From Eledone cirrhosa (taxonomy: Eukaryota), in NCBI GenBank assembly GCA_964016885.1, contig OZ024763.1:14756001-14820000 (forward strand): 64,000 bases of DNA, read 5' to 3'. The notes beneath the pieces are model-generated. The model was not told the origin of the DNA and did not search any database. It saw nothing but the letters and a program-made list of their open reading frames with translations. Shown here in pieces: positions 26,893-41,455 of the stretch. The position numbers were made by a program, and so were the translations under genes. Each line of letters begins with the position of its first letter. Within the stretch, counting starts at the first letter, position 1.

Positions 26893-27695
26893 ATGTATGT
26901 ATATATTTTATATATCTATATCTATATGTACGTATGTATATGTGTATAAATGTATGCATATATTTGTGTGTATATGTGTATGTACATATGTATGAGTGTG
27001 TGTATGTATTATGAATATGTATGAATGTGTGTATGTATATGTACGAATATGTGTATATGAATGTGTGTATGTATGTGTATACATGTATTTATATGTGAAT
27101 ATGTATGAATATATATGTATGTATAAATGTGTGTACATGTATTTATATGTATATATATGTATGTATGTATGTATGTGGGTAAATGTATGTGGGTAATGTA
27201 TGCGTATACATGTGTATATATGTATGTATGTGGGTAAATGTATGTGTATACATGTATATATATATATATATGTATGTGGGTAAATGTATGTGTATATATA
27301 TATTTATATGTATGTATGTGGGTAAATGTATGTGTATATATGTATATATATATATGTGTATGTATATGGGTAAATGTATGTGTATACATGTATATATATG
27401 AATGTATGTGGGTAAAGTATATATATGTATGTGGGTAAATGTATGTGTATATATGTATTTATGTGTATGTGTGTGGGTAAATGTATGTGTATACATGTAT
27501 ATATATATATATATACGATGAGTTTGTTCGAAGGAGGGGCGGGGTACCCAGGCATGTGCCCCCTCCCCCTCTCTGGTTTTGTTATTGTTAGTGTGTATTT
27601 ATGTAAGCGTAGTGGGAGGTGTACGTGTCTGTTTGTTCTTGTGTATGTGTGTGTGTGTGTGTATGTGTGTGTGCTAGTGTATGTGTATACGTGTG

Positions 27696-27731
<36 letters not shown>

Positions 27732-28742
27732 CGTGTGTTTGTGTGTGTGTTTGTGTGTGTATGTGTGTTTGCGTTTATGTGTGTGTACTGGTGTGTATGT
27801 GTGTACTCGTGTGAGTACTGGTGTGTGTGTGTGTTTACTCGTGAGTGTGTACTCGTGTGTGTGTACTCGTGTGAGTGCTCGTGTGTGTGTGTGTGTACTC
27901 GTGTGTGTGTACTCGTGTGAGTGCTCGTGTGTGTGTGTGTGTACTCGTGTGTGTGTACTCGTGTGTGTGTACTTGTGTGTGTGTACTTGTGTGTGTGTAC
28001 TTGTGTGTGTGTACTGGTGTGTGTACTGGTGTGTGTACTGGTGCGTGTGTGTGTGTACTGGTGTGTGTACTGATGTGTGTGTGTAAGTGTGTGTGTGTAA
28101 GTGTGTGTCTAACAACAATATTTACATAACGTCAAAAAATAACGACAATAATAACAAAAACAACTACAACAACAACAACAACAACTACTACAACTACAAC
28201 AACAACAACAACAAAAACGACTACAACAACAACAACAACAATAACTACTACAACAATAACAACACCATTAATAAATTGAGGGCGGGGAGAGGGTTGAAAT
28301 GCTTTCTTTTGAATCTAATGGTTTCTTTTGAAATCACCACCACTACTACTACAACCACCACCACCACCACTACTACTATCACCACTACCACCACCACCAC
28401 CACTACTACAACCACCACCACTACTACAACCACCACCACTCCTACCGCCACCACCACCACCACTACTACTACTATTGCCACCACTACCACCACCACCACT
28501 ACTACAACCACTACTACTACCACCACCACTACTACTACAACCACCACTACTACTATCACTACAACTACCTCCACCGCAACTACCACCATCACCACCAACA
28601 AAGTTAATTTAGACAGGATTTGAACTCAGAACGTAAAGCGTCGTCACTACATACTGAAAATCACTAATGGGGACACAGCCTCATAGGTGTCACGATGGCA
28701 GTGGCCAGCAAATCTTACTCTCCTTTTACATACAACAACAGA

Positions 28743-29903
28743 TATGCCCATTGCTGCCAAGATCTACAACAAGCTAATCCTCAACCGCATAGTTCCGTAT
28801 GTTGAACCAATCCTTAATCCTTCACATCAACCAAAACGGTTTCAGGCGTGGTATGGCCATTGCTGGCAAGATCTACAACAAGCTAATCCTCAACCGTATA
28901 GTTCCGTATGTTGATCCAATCTTTAATCCTTCACATCAACCAAAACGGTTTCAGGCGTGGTATGGCCATTGCTGCCAAGATCTACAACAAGCTAATCCTC
29001 AACCGCATAGTTCCGTATGTTGATCCAATCTTTAATCCTTCACATCAACCAAAACGGTTTCAGGCGTGGTATGGCCATTGCTGCCAAGATCTACAACAAG
29101 CTAATCCTCAACCGTATAGTTCCGTATGTTGATCCAATCTTTAATCCTTCACATCAACCAAAACGGTTTCAGGCGTGGTATGGCCATTGCTGCCAAGATC
29201 TACAACAAGCTAATCCTCAACCGTATAGTTCCGTATGTTGATCCAATCTTTAATCCTTCACATCAACCAAAACGGTTTCAGGCGTGGTATGGCCATTGCT
29301 GCCAAGATCTACAACAAGCTAATCCTCAACCGCATAGTTCCGTATGTTGATCCAATCTTTAATCCTTCACATCAACCAAAACGGTTTCAGGCGTGGTATG
29401 GCCATTGCTGCCAAGATCTACAACAAGCTAATCCTCAACCGCATAGTTCCGTATGTTGATCCAATCTTTAATCCTTCACATCAACCAAAACGGTTTCAGG
29501 CGTGGTATGGCCATTGCTGCCAAGATCTACAACAAGCTAATCCTCAACCGTATAGTTCCGTATGTTGATCCAATCTTTAATCCTTCACATCAACCAAAAC
29601 GGTTTCAGGCGTGGTATGGCCATTGCTGCCAAGATCTACAACAAGCTAATCCTCAACCGCATAGTTCCGTATGTTGATCCAATCTTTAATCCTTCACATC
29701 AACCAAAACGGTTTCAGGTGTGGTATGGCCATTGCTGCCAAGATCTACAACAAGCTAATCCTCAACCACATAGTTCCGGTATGTTGATCCAATCCTTAAT
29801 CCTTCACATCAACCAAAACGGTTTCAGGCGTGGTATGGCCATTGCTGCCAAGATCTACAACAAGCTAATCCTCGACAGTATAGTTCCGTATGTTGATCCA
29901 ATC
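28743..29903 (+). repeat. 109-bp tandem array derived from a LINE reverse-transcriptase segment
   Basis: About 10.6 near-identical units; they translate to IAAKIYNKLILNRIVPYVEPIL and NQNGFRRG, the N-terminal RT region of non-LTR elements. Confidence 0.9.
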
Positions 29904-30826
29904 CTTTGCCTTTCATCCTTACGGGGTCGATAAAATAAAGTACCAGTAATACACTGGGTAATTGCTGGCCTTGTGCCAAAAGTAGGAACACATACATACA
30001 CACATCTATACATACATACACATAAAACTTGATGATTGTAAATGTGATCAGTTGTTAAACGAATCGGTCGTTAAAGGAGGAATATCTGTATTTACATCCA
30101 TCAACACACTTTTTCCTTCCGCCTCCCCCACCCTCCCCCCTCCCTCGGTCTCTCTCTCCCTCCCTCCGTATCTACCTCCTTCTCTGTCTCTCCCCTCTGT
30201 CTCTCCGTCTCTCCCTCCTTCCCCTCCAGCTCTCTCCCTCTACCTCCCTCCGCCTTTCTCTCCAGCTCTTTCCCTCTGTCTGTCTACCTCTCTCTCCCCC
30301 TCTGCCTTTCCTCCGTCTCTCCCTCCTCCGTCTCTCTCTCTCTCTCTCTCTCTCTGTATCTCTCGCCCTCCGTCTTTCTCTCCCCATGTCTCCCCTCTTT
30401 CCCTCCCTCCCTCCGTATCACTCGCCCTCCATATCTCCCTCTCCGCCTTTCCCTCCCACTGTCTCTTCCGTCCCCCCCCCCTCCGTCTCTCTCTCCGTCT
30501 CTATCTCTCTCCCCCTCTCTCCTTCCTCCGTCTCTATGTCTCTCTCATGTTGTTCTTTTCTTTCTCTTCTTTACCACTTAGTTCAAGGAGGCCGCCGGTG
30601 GATTGGCAGAATCAGTACAGCGGCGGACAAAATGCCTTGTGAGCTTTAGTTTCATCCCTCATTTATAATCTGAGTTCGAATCCCACCATATTCCATTTTT
30701 TTTTTTTTTTTTTTTTTTTTTACATTCCTTTTGCTTTATTACATGTTCCAGTCGACATACTCAGGCCATGCTGGGGTACATTTATATATCTTAGATTTTT
30801 TTTCCTTATCGTAGATGGGTTGAGGG

Positions 30827-31361
30827 ACGACAAAATATAGTACCAGTCATGCGTTGGGGGTCAATATAAAAATATCTAATATTTCTCTCTCCTTCCCCCA
30901 TGTAGGCAGGCTTGCCAATCTCTAAAAACCCAAACGACAAAATATAGTACCAGTCATGCGTTGGGGGTCAATATAAAAATATCTAATATTTCTCTCTCCT
31001 TCCCCCCATGTAGGCAGGCTTGCCAATCTCTAAAAACCCAAACGACAAAATATAGTACCAGTCATGCGTTGGGGGTCAATATAAAAATATCTAATATTTC
31101 TCTCTCCTTCCCCCCATGTAGGCAGGCTTGCCAATCTCTAAAAACCCAAACGACAAAATATAGTACCAGTTATGCGTTGGGGTCAATATAAAAATATCTA
31201 ATATTTCTCTCTTTCCTTCCCCCCATGCAGGCTTGCCAATCTCTAAAAACCCAAACGACAAAATATAGTACCAGTCATGCGTTGGGGGTCAATATAAAAA
31301 TATCTAATATTTCTCTCTTTCCTTCCCCCATGCAGGCTTGCCAATCTCTAAAAACCCAAAC
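30827..31361. repeat. ~107-bp tandem array (5 units) containing SINE-body and TIR-like sequence
   Basis: ACGACAAAATATAGTACCAG starts at 30827, 30934, 31042, 31150 and 31255. Confidence 0.85.
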
Positions 31362-31556
31362 AGCGGGTAGCATGGAAAAAAGTGTCCCCCAAAACGGGGA
31401 GAAATGAGGCAAAATGGGGAGATTTTACATAATGAAAAGACATCTCTTACCCACCCCAGTATGGGTGGGAGATCTCCCCGTCGTTCGGGGAGAGGTGACA
31501 GGTCCGCAAATGAGTCAGGTTTTAGTCTATGAAAATCATTAGTATTAGGGCGATGA

Positions 31557-32145
31557 AGGGTGGTAAATTGGTAGTAATTGATAGAGCATCTGACACCATG
31601 ATTTGCAGAATATAGTTACGACTCCTTACGTTCTGATTTCAAATTCCGCCGAGATTAGCTTTGCCTTTCATCCTCACGACATCGATAAACTATACCACCA
31701 GTAATGCACTGGGGTCGATTTATTCGACTTCCCCCTTCCCTCTAAATTACTGGCCTTGTGCCAAATATAGAAATAATTATTATTAAAGTTGTAGACTGCC
31801 AGAACCATTAGAGGATCGAATAGAATTGTCTACACTATTCGTTTCGGTACTCTGTGATCTGAGTTGAAAGCCTTCCAGGAACATCTTGGTGCTGCGGGTG
31901 GCATAATCGACTGTCCCCTTCCCCTAAATTGTTGGCCTTACACCAATGTTAGAAGGAACTATAAATATGTATTGAAGGGCAGCAGATCGGCAGAGTCATT
32001 AAAGCCTCGGACAAATGACTTGCTATATTTTTTCGGCCCTAAACCTTCTCAGTTCAAATCTCACAGGGGTTAGCCTTGCCTTGCATCCTTCCAGGGACGA
32101 TAAAATGAAGTACTAGTAAAGTACTAGGGTCGATATGATAGACTT
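31557..32145 (+). mobile_element. Three diverged tRNA-SINE copies
   Basis: B-box and body motifs at ~31637, ~31861 and ~32051. Confidence 0.6.
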
Positions 32146-32149
32146 TCCA

Positions 32150-32572
32150 TTCTTCTTCGCCTACATATTCCTGGGAGGGTCGTCAGGGGGGGGGGGGGGG
32201 GCAGAGTCCTCAAACACTCCTTCCAGTGGGTCCTGTCAGAAGCAACCGTCTCCAACTGATCCGGCTGGAACCCCAAGCGAAACCAGCCGGACTCGTGGAT
32301 GTTATCCAACCATCTTGCTTGGGGGTCAATTCCTGGGTCTCCTGCAGGTTGGTTTTGCCCGTAAAATCTGTCCAGTGATTCTTTCTTTAGACATTCTGAC
32401 CACATGTCCGTAATATCAGAGCTGTGATCTCTCAATTCGGACAAGTAGCGGCTTTACTTGAAGCGACTCTCTGGTCTCCGAGCTACGCACTTTATAGAGA
32501 AGGGTTACCCCCAAAGACCCTTCGCAAGAAAACCCATTTTGGCCGCTTTTATTTGCGATCGTATTCTTTCAA
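32150..32572 (-). mobile_element. RTE-like LINE 3' fragment
   Basis: Minus strand reads ARWLDNIHESGWFRLG...VASDRTHWKECL; homologous to 50882-51150 and 60297-60575. Confidence 0.75.
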
Positions 32573-32589
32573 GATCACCAATTTTCCAT

Positions 32590-33001
32590 TTCCTTCTCCA
32601 TGGTGTCGATATAATAAAGTACCAGTGAAATATAGGGATTAATTTAATTGACATCTCCACCATCATCCCACCCAACCCGAATATTGCTGGCCTTCCTTCT
32701 CCATGGTGTCGATATAATAAAGTACCAGTGAAATATAGGGATTAATTTAATTGACATCTCCACCATCATCCCACCCAACCCGAATATTGCTGGCCTTCCT
32801 TCTCCATGGTGTCGATATAATAAAGTACCAGTGAAATATAGGCATTAATTTAATTGACATCTCCACCATCATCCCACCCAACCCGAATATTGCTGGCCTT
32901 CCTTCTCCATGGTGTCGATATAATAAAGTACCAGTGAAATATAGGGATTAATTTAATTGACATCTCCACCATCATCCCACCCAACCCGAATATTGCTGGC
33001 C
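32590..33001. repeat. 103-bp tandem array (4 units) derived from the SINE body
   Basis: CCATGGTGTCGATATAATAAAGTACCAG at 32598, 32701, 32804 and 32907. Confidence 0.9.
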
Positions 33002-33313
33002 TAGTCCCTTGATTAGAAACATTTATTATATGGCAGTGATAGCGGAGAGGGTGGTTGTTAGTCTGAGAAAAAGCAAATAATAATTAATATGAGGGAGAGA
33101 GAGAGAGAAAGAAAGGGAAAGAATAAGAGAAAGAAAGAGAGAGTGGGTTTAAGGTAATTTTTTTCTGCTGAAGCGAAAGTCATCATCATTATCATTATCA
33201 TCGAGTTATAAGAAAAAGATGTTTTTCAATCCATTAATTAAAATTAATAAAATTATTATAAATTAATAAATATTATTATAAAAAAATATAAACTATTATT
33301 ATCATTGTTATTA

Positions 33314-33926
33314 TTTGGCAGAATCGTGAGAGCGTCGGACAACATGCTCAGTGGCATAGAGTTAAGGCCTTTTACGGTCTGAGGAGTTCAAATCCCGTCG
33401 TGGTTAGCTTTGCTTTTCATCCTTATGGGGGTTAATAAAATAAAGTACCAGTAATGTACTGGGGTAATTGCTGGCCTTGTGCCTAGAGTAGAAACAATTA
33501 TTATAAAGAAATAATTATTTATATGAGCCGTTGAGAAAGAAACATGGCAGTATCAGTAGGGGGTCGGACGCCATGCTTTCCAGCATAGTTACGTCCCTTT
33601 ACGATCTGAGTTCAAATCCCGCCGAGGTTGACTTTGCCTTTCATCCTTACGGGGTCGATAAAATAAAGTACCAGTAATGTACTGGGTAATTGCTGTCCTT
33701 GTGCCTAGAGTATAAACATTTATTATTATTATAACTATCAGAATTATTATACGGACGATATGCTTAGCAGCATAGTGTTACGGCCCTCTACGTTCTGAGT
33801 TCAAATCCTGTCGAGGTTACCTTTGCCTTTCATCCTTACGGGGTCGATATAATAAAGTACCAGTAACGTACTGGGGTTGATTTAATCCCCAAAAATTGCT
33901 GGCCTTATACATAAAGTAGAAACAAT
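33314..33926 (+). mobile_element. Three tandem tRNA-SINE copies
   Basis: 33314-33499, 33544-33719 and 33752-33926. Confidence 0.85.
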
Positions 33927-33966
33927 ATCTTTCCTGTTGTTTGTACCGTCTGTTATTCTGTTGCAG

Positions 33967-34069
33967 CAATACATTTGAACTGGTTGGACTTGATCCCAGA
34001 ACGGCTTGGCCACAGAGTATTTAACACAGACAGACAGCTTATCTTTTCCACGAATATCATAAGTCAAAA
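33967..34069 (+). CDS. Candidate internal exon of an unidentified gene
   Basis: Pyrimidine tract plus TTGCAG acceptor, AA|GTAAGT donor, and one open frame (IHLNWLDLIPERLGHRVFNTDRQLIFSTNIISQ); non-repetitive sequence. Confidence 0.4.
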
Positions 34070-34875
34070 GTAAGTAATTTGTTTTTCAACTCCTCTTCTC
34101 TTCATTCTGCTTCTTGCTCAACGAGGCCGAGCTCATCCTTAGCCAGCGATCCCAAAGTATCGTCGCGCGTAGAGCCGATCAGGTGATCCTCCAGCGCTGG
34201 CGGTCCCCGTACCAGCTCATCTGCATCCTCCAAGGTGATGTCGGGCCTACGAAGATCTTCCTTTGGTGATCTCCAGCCCTCTGGTGCGGGAGGGGGGGGG
34301 GAGGTGCTACCGCGAGGCCTCTTACAACCAGTAGCCACTGCGTCGAACAAGAGTAAGGCCCTGGTAGGATGATCTGGCTGGAAAGCGGGGGGGGGGTGCT
34401 ACCGCGAGGCCTCTTACAGCCAGTAGCCAATTCGTCGAACAAGAGTAAGGCCCTGGTAGGATGATCTGGCTGGAAAGCGGATGACATGTCCATACCAGCG
34501 CAAGACCCTAACAAAGAGTATTGACAGGTTTGATAGCAGAGCCCCGAACCCACCCTGTTACCAACAAAGTGTTGTGTGCGTACACGCATCAGCCCACAGC
34601 TTCCGCCTCAATGTAATCTCAGTTATAATCAATAATTATCGGAATTAATAAGAAAGTTGATGGTAAAATAATTCAGTAAAAATATAGTTTCACTCTTCAA
34701 GCGGAGAGTATGGTCGCCATTTTAGATTCTCCTTTCATTCGCCATATTTAGAATATGGGACTTTATTTGTGTAGATATACACATACACTCATACAACCAT
34801 GTGCGCGCACACATATATATATATATATACATACATATGTATGTTTATGTGTATATTATACATATATATATATAT

Positions 34876-35056
34876 AACGAAGGAAATATGGTAAGGAACC
34901 AGGTGGACCATAACGCACCAAAGTACTCAATACTTAGGGTAGTAGAGTGGGTAATAGGAACGGGTAGCCGTTTAGACGGCTATTTCTGGACTGAATTAGC
35001 CGTCCAGAATTAGCCGTCGAAACGGCTTGAGCTCAGCCGTCGGGGTCCTACCCGTT

Positions 35057-35060
<4 letters not shown>
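34876..35060 (-). mobile_element. Fold-back family C copy
   Basis: Tail, deleted left arm and full right arm with GAAACGGCTTGAGCTCAGCCGTC; (TA)n both sides. Confidence 0.8.
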
Positions 35061-35095
<35 letters not shown>

Positions 35096-35098
<3 letters not shown>

Positions 35099-35368
35099 GG
35101 AGGTGAGTTTTATTGTAGTACAATAAAGCAATGCAGATATCGGATAAGAAGCACTCTACAGTTTGTAGGACTGGAGTATACATAATATATAAGATCAATA
35201 TATCATATATGATATGTTGATTTAAAACTGCACTATCCACAAGTGTTTTTTAACCTTCATATTATGTCCTATTTTATCTGATGAAAACACAAATGTTATT
35301 GCATGATGATATTTGTTTTTGAAATGCGCATAATAAAATACATGGAACTCATTTAACCATCTTTTGAT

Positions 35369-35377
<9 letters not shown>
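35096..35377 (-). mobile_element. Fold-back family B copy (13-bp tail-side arm, long inverted arm)
   Basis: Tail matches 2441-2540; TATATAAGATCAA / TTGATCTTATATA inverted pair; (TA)n flanks. Confidence 0.75.
35270..35340 (+). ncRNA. Minimal type I hammerhead ribozyme (family B)
   Basis: TATTTTAT-CTGATGA-AAACACAAATGTTA-TTGCATGA-TGATATTTGTTTTT-GAAA-T-GCGC-A-TA-ATAAAATA. Confidence 0.85.
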
Positions 35378-35418
<41 letters not shown>

Positions 35419-35651
35419 TACACACACGGCCGAATCTATCAAAGTTATATATATATATGTAAAAGGTAAACAGAAATAACAACACAATGGAAGGTATATA
35501 TTAGGTTAACACTATATATATATATACACACACAATGTTGAAACGCATGTCATTCTAAGTGTATATATAATTCAATGAATATAATATACGAATTTGTTTA
35601 TCTAATGTGCCAACACACACAAACAAAAAACATGGTTTGTGTGTGTGTATT

Positions 35652-35707
<56 letters not shown>

Positions 35708-35845
35708 TTTGTGTTTGTGTTTGTTTGTGTTTGTTTGTGTGTGTTTGTGTGTGTTTGTGTGTGTTTGTGTGTTTGTGTTTGTGTGTTTGTGTTTAGCAAT
35801 TAAAATATCCAAAGTTGTGGATAGAACTCAATGTTGTCAGGCTTG

Positions 35846-35894
<49 letters not shown>

Positions 35895-36310
35895 CATGTA
35901 TATATACACACACTCATATATATATACATATACACACACATATATATACATATACACACACATATATATACATATATATACATATACATACATATACACA
36001 CACACGTATATATATATACGTATATACACACACATATATACACACACACACATATATATATATATACACACAAATATATACACATACACACACATATATA
36101 CACACATATATATACACACATATACATACACATATACACATATACACACATATATATATATATACACACACATATATATATACATACACACACATATATA
36201 TATACATACACACACATATATATATACATACACACATATACATATATACATACACACATATACATATATACATACACACATATACATAGGCATATAAGTC
36301 TGAGTGTATT

Positions 36311-36359
<49 letters not shown>

Positions 36360-36589
36360 GCACGCACGCACACACACACATTATATATATATATATATAC
36401 AAAATCCCCAGTGCTGTGTGTGGGGTAATTTTTTGGCAGGGATCTGAAGCGACAGTGAAGACCCCCCTCGGGGATAAGGGTAACACCCCCTCCTGCTGAT
36501 CTGACATTCATGATTTATTAGAAACGAAACAACCTGACACAATCTCTAATTACATCCCCGACCCCACCCTTACAACAACCCACCCCTCG

Positions 36590-37050
36590 CCCCACCCCTC
36601 AGCTCCGACACTCCACCCCGACCCCAAACCTTCAGCTCCGACACTCCACCCCTTCAGCTCCGACACTCCATCCAGACCCCGGGCCCAACCCTTCGGCTCC
36701 GACACTCCAACCCGACCTCAACGCCTCAGCTCCAGCACTCCACCCCGACCCCCACCCCTTCAGCTCCGACACTCCACCCCAACCTCAACGCTACAGCTCC
36801 GGCACTCCACCCCGACCCCGAGCCCCACCCCTTCAGCTCCGACACTCCACCCCAACCTCAACGCTACAGCTCCGGCACTCCACCCCGACCCCGAGCCCCA
36901 CCCCTTCAGCTCCGACACTCCACCCCAACCTCAACGCCACAGCTCCGGCACTCCCCTCCGACTCCGCGTCCCACCCCTCAGCTCCGACACACCACTCCGA
37001 CCCCGCGTCCCACCCCTCAGCTCCGACACCCACCCTGAGCCCAACGCCTC
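36590..37050. repeat. C-rich minisatellite (CAGCTCCGACACTCCACCCC core) with higher-order structure
   Basis: About 13 cores alternating between two linker types. Confidence 0.8.
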
Positions 37051-37489
37051 AGCTCCGACACACCAGCCCAAATTTATCTTCGACTCCATCCAACCACCCC
37101 ACCACCCTCAACCCGACTACACCACCTCCACGCTTCCATCCCCTCCACCCTACCCTCCACATGCCGACTACACACCCCGCTCCGGGTCCCCATCTTAACT
37201 ACCCCCCACCTCACCCCCACCCCCGATTTCGTCCCGCAGGCTCCAACCCCCACCACCCTCGTACCTGACACCACACCCACCGCCGCCACCACCACTTATA
37301 CTACTTAACCCCCACCGCCACCATTACATACACCATCATCCCCACCGGCCCACCCCCTTACCCCAACCCGTTCGCCACCCTCTTAATTTCACACGCCATT
37401 TTGGCTTTAATATGTTCAGAGAGGGCGGTGGGGAGTGATAGATTGGGGGTGGAGGGCTCCCACCACCTCCACCACCTCTTCCAGGTTGT

Positions 37490-39860
37490 TTCGTTGGTGG
37501 TGATGGCGGGGTAGTGGTGTAATGGTGTGGTGGTGGTACCAGTATGGTGATGGTGGTGGTGGTACCTGTGTGGTGGTGTGGTGTAATGGTGTGGTGGTGG
37601 TACCAGTATGGTGATGGTGGTGCCTGTGTGGTGGTGTGGTGGTGGTGTGGTGTAATGGTGAGGTCGTGGTACCAGTATGGTGGTGGTGGTGGTGGTGCCT
37701 GTGTGGTGGTGGTGGTGGTGCCTGTGTGGTGGTGGTGGTGTTGTGGTGAGGGTTGGTGTTGTGGTGAGGTGGTGTAATGGTGAGGTGGTGGTGTGGTGGT
37801 GGTGTGGTGGTGGTGGTGTGGTGGTGGTGGTGTGGTGTAATGGTGAGGTGGTGGTGTTGTGGTGTAATGGTGTGGTGGTGGTGTGGTGGTGTGGTGGTGG
37901 TGTGGTGGTGTGGTGGTGGTGTGGTGGTGTGGTGGTGTGGTGGTGGTGTGGTGGTGTGGTGTAATGGTGAGGTGGTGGTGGTGTGGTGTAATGGTGTGGT
38001 GGTGGTGCCAGTGTGGTGGTGCCTGTGTGGTGATGGTGGTGTGGTGGTGTGGTGGTGTAATGGTGAGGTGGTGGTGGCGGTGGTGGTGCCAGTGTGGTGA
38101 TGGTGAGGTGGTGGTGTGGTGGTGGCGGTGGTGGTCGTGCCAGTGTGGTGGTGGTGTTGTGGTGTAATGGTGAGGTGGTGGTGGCGGTGGTGCCAGTGTG
38201 GCGATGGTGATGGTGGCGGTGATGATGATGATGACTGGTGACAGTAGTGATGGTCATGGCAGTGATGACAGTAGGGATGCTGCTGCTGATGATGACAGTG
38301 ATGGTGCTGATGATGGTGATTGTTATGTTGCTGATGATGGTGATTGTTATGATGGTGCTGCTGATGGTGATGACAGTGATGGCAGTCATGTTAGTGATGG
38401 TTATGATGATGGTTATGATGATGGTTATGATGATGGTTATGATGATGGTTATGATGATGGTTATGATGATGGTTATGATGATGGTTATGATGATGGTTAA
38501 GCTGCTGACAGTGATGGCAGTAATTGTAAAAGTCAGAACATGAACCATTCTAACAGTAAACTGTTCCAGTTGTTTCCATCTCTACAGCTAGAAATAGTGG
38601 AACATCTCCTGCTGTTGTTGTGGTTACTGTTGTGGTGGTTACTGTTGTGGTGGTTACTGTTGTGGTGGTTACTGTTGTGGTGGTTACTGTTGTGGTGGTT
38701 ACTGTTGTTGTGGTTACTGTTGTTGTGGTTACTGTTGTGGTGGTTACTGTTGTGGTGGTTACTGTTGTGGTGGTTACTGTTGTGGTGGTTACTGTTGTGG
38801 TGGTTACTGTTGTGGTGGTTACTGTTGTGGTGGTTACTGTTGTTGTGGTTACTGTTGTTGTGGTTGTTGTGGTGGTTACTGTTGTGGTTACTGTTGTGGT
38901 TGTTGTGGTGGTTACTGTTGTTGTGGTTACTGTTGTTGTGGTTACTGTTGTGGTGGTTACTGTTGTGGTGGTTACTGTTGTGGTGGTTACTGTTGTGGTG
39001 GTTACTGTTGTGGTGGTTACTGTTGTGGTGGTTACTGTTGTGGTGGTTACTGTTGTGGTGGTTACTGTTGTGGTGGTTACTGTTGTGGTGGTTACTGTTG
39101 TGGTGGTTACTGTTGTGGTGGTTACTGTTGTGGTTACTGTTGTTGTGGTTACTGTTGTTGTGGTTACTGTTGTTGTGGTTACTGTTGTTGTGGTTACTGT
39201 TGTTGTGGTTGTTGTGGTTACTGTTGTTGTGGTTGTTGTGGTTACTGTTGTGGTTACTGTTGTTGTGGTTACTGTTGTTGTGGTTACTGTTGTTGTGGTT
39301 ACTGTTGTGGTGGTTACTGTTGTGGTGGTTACTGTTGTGGTGGTTACTGTTGTGGTGGTTACTGTTGTGGTGGTTACTGTTGTGGTGGTTACTGTTGTGG
39401 TGGTTACTGTTGTTGTGGTTACTGTTGTTGTGGTTACTGTTGTGGTTACTGTTGTGGTTACTGTTGTTGTGGTTACTGTTGTGGTTACTGTTGTGGTTAC
39501 TGTTGTTGTGGTTACTGTTGTTGTTACTGTTGTTGTTACTGTTGTTGTTACTGTTGTTACTGTTGTTGTTACTGTTGTTGTTACTGTTGTTGTTACTGTT
39601 GTTGTTACTGTTGTTACTGTTGTTGTTACTGTTGTTGTTGATATTGTTGGTGTTACTGTTGTTACTGTTGTTGTTACTGTTGTTACTGTTGTTGTTACTG
39701 TTGTTGTTGATATTGTTGGTGTTACTGTTACTCTTGTTACTGTTTTTATATGTGTTATTTTTGCTTTTACTATTATTGTTGCTGTTATTGTTACTATTGG
39801 TGTTACGTATAAAATTATTTTCATTGTTGTTGCTATTGTTGTTGTCACTTCTGTTGCTGC
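37490..39860. repeat. Contiguous GT-rich triplet-based repeats including (GATGATGGTTAT)n and (GTTACTGTTGTGGTG)n
   Basis: Directly visible; source of the spurious 396-542 aa ORFs. Confidence 0.9.
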
Positions 39861-40812
39861 TGCTGATGATGTTGGATGTTTGTTACCAAGGCACACTCTT
39901 ACAAATCCGCTACACACACAAGTGTGTGTCTATCTATATATGTATATATACATATAAGTGTATGTGTACATATGTGCGTGTGTGTATGTGTGAGGTGTTG
40001 TGTTTCAGGGGTTTGCATGTATGTGTGAGTGCGTGTGATTGTATGTATATATATATATGTGTCTATATATATATATGTGTATGTATACATATATGTATGT
40101 ATGTATGTACGTGTCTATATATATATGTGTATGTATACATATATGTATGTATGTATGTGGTGTTATGATTCAGGGGTTTGCATATATGTGCGATTGTATG
40201 AGTGTGTGTGTGTGTGTATTTGTATGTGCGTGTGTACAGATCTGTGTGTGGAGGGGGTGTATATGTGCTTGTATGTGTGTGTGTATGTGCGTGTCGTGTG
40301 TATATGTGCGTGTATATGTGTATGTATTTGTATGTGTCTGCGTGTGTACTTATGTGTGCGTGTGGGGGGGTGTATATGTGCTTGTATGTGTATTAGCATG
40401 TCGAGTGTGTATGTGCGTGCCTGTATGTATATGTGTATATGTGTGTATGTATGTATGTGTGTGTTCGTAGGGCGGTCTCAACACCTTGTTCTATAATGTT
40501 CTTTAAATCTGAGTGAGTTACCTTCTTCCAACAGCCCCACTCCCCCACCCACTCCACCCTCCAACTAACACCACCCCACCCCCTCCACTCCACCGCCGCT
40601 AATAATTGACACTTAATTCGCACTCCTCCCACCACCACCACCACCACTTATTTCACACTCCTCCCACCACCACCACCACTACTACTTACACTAATTTCTA
40701 CATACTCCAATTCTCCTCCCACATGCCAAGCTAACACCCCCCCCCACACACAACATCCAAATCCATCCTCTTTCCTTCTCTTCCAGACATAGTTTCATAA
40801 TATTCAACTTCT

Positions 40813-40885
<73 letters not shown>

Positions 40886-41120
40886 GATATAGATATATAG
40901 ATATATACATATAGATATATATACATATATATGTGTGTGTGTGTGTATGTATACGTAATGTGTGTGTGTGTATGTATACGTATATATATATAAATATATC
41001 TGTGTGTATATATATATATATATGCATACATATATACATAAGTGTGTGTATATATATATATATATTTACATATAGATATATACATATATGTATGTGTGTA
41101 TACGTATATATATATAAATA

Positions 41121-41157
<37 letters not shown>

Positions 41158-41368
41158 CTATATATATATATATATGTACATATATATGTACATATATATA
41201 TGCATATATATGTAGGTATATGTATATGTGTGTAAATATGTATATATACATGCATACATATATACATAAGTGTGTGTGTGTATGTGTAGATATATACATA
41301 TATGTATGTGTGTGTGTGTATACGTATATATATATAAATATATCTCTGTATATATATATATATATATA

Positions 41369-41414
<46 letters not shown>

Positions 41415-41455
41415 TATATATATATATATGTACATATATGTATATATACATGCAT

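Noticed and set aside
38540-40168. Thr-rich or Val/Leu-rich 445-542 aa ORFs
   Set aside because: A 15-bp minisatellite open on both strands; no splice or domain evidence.
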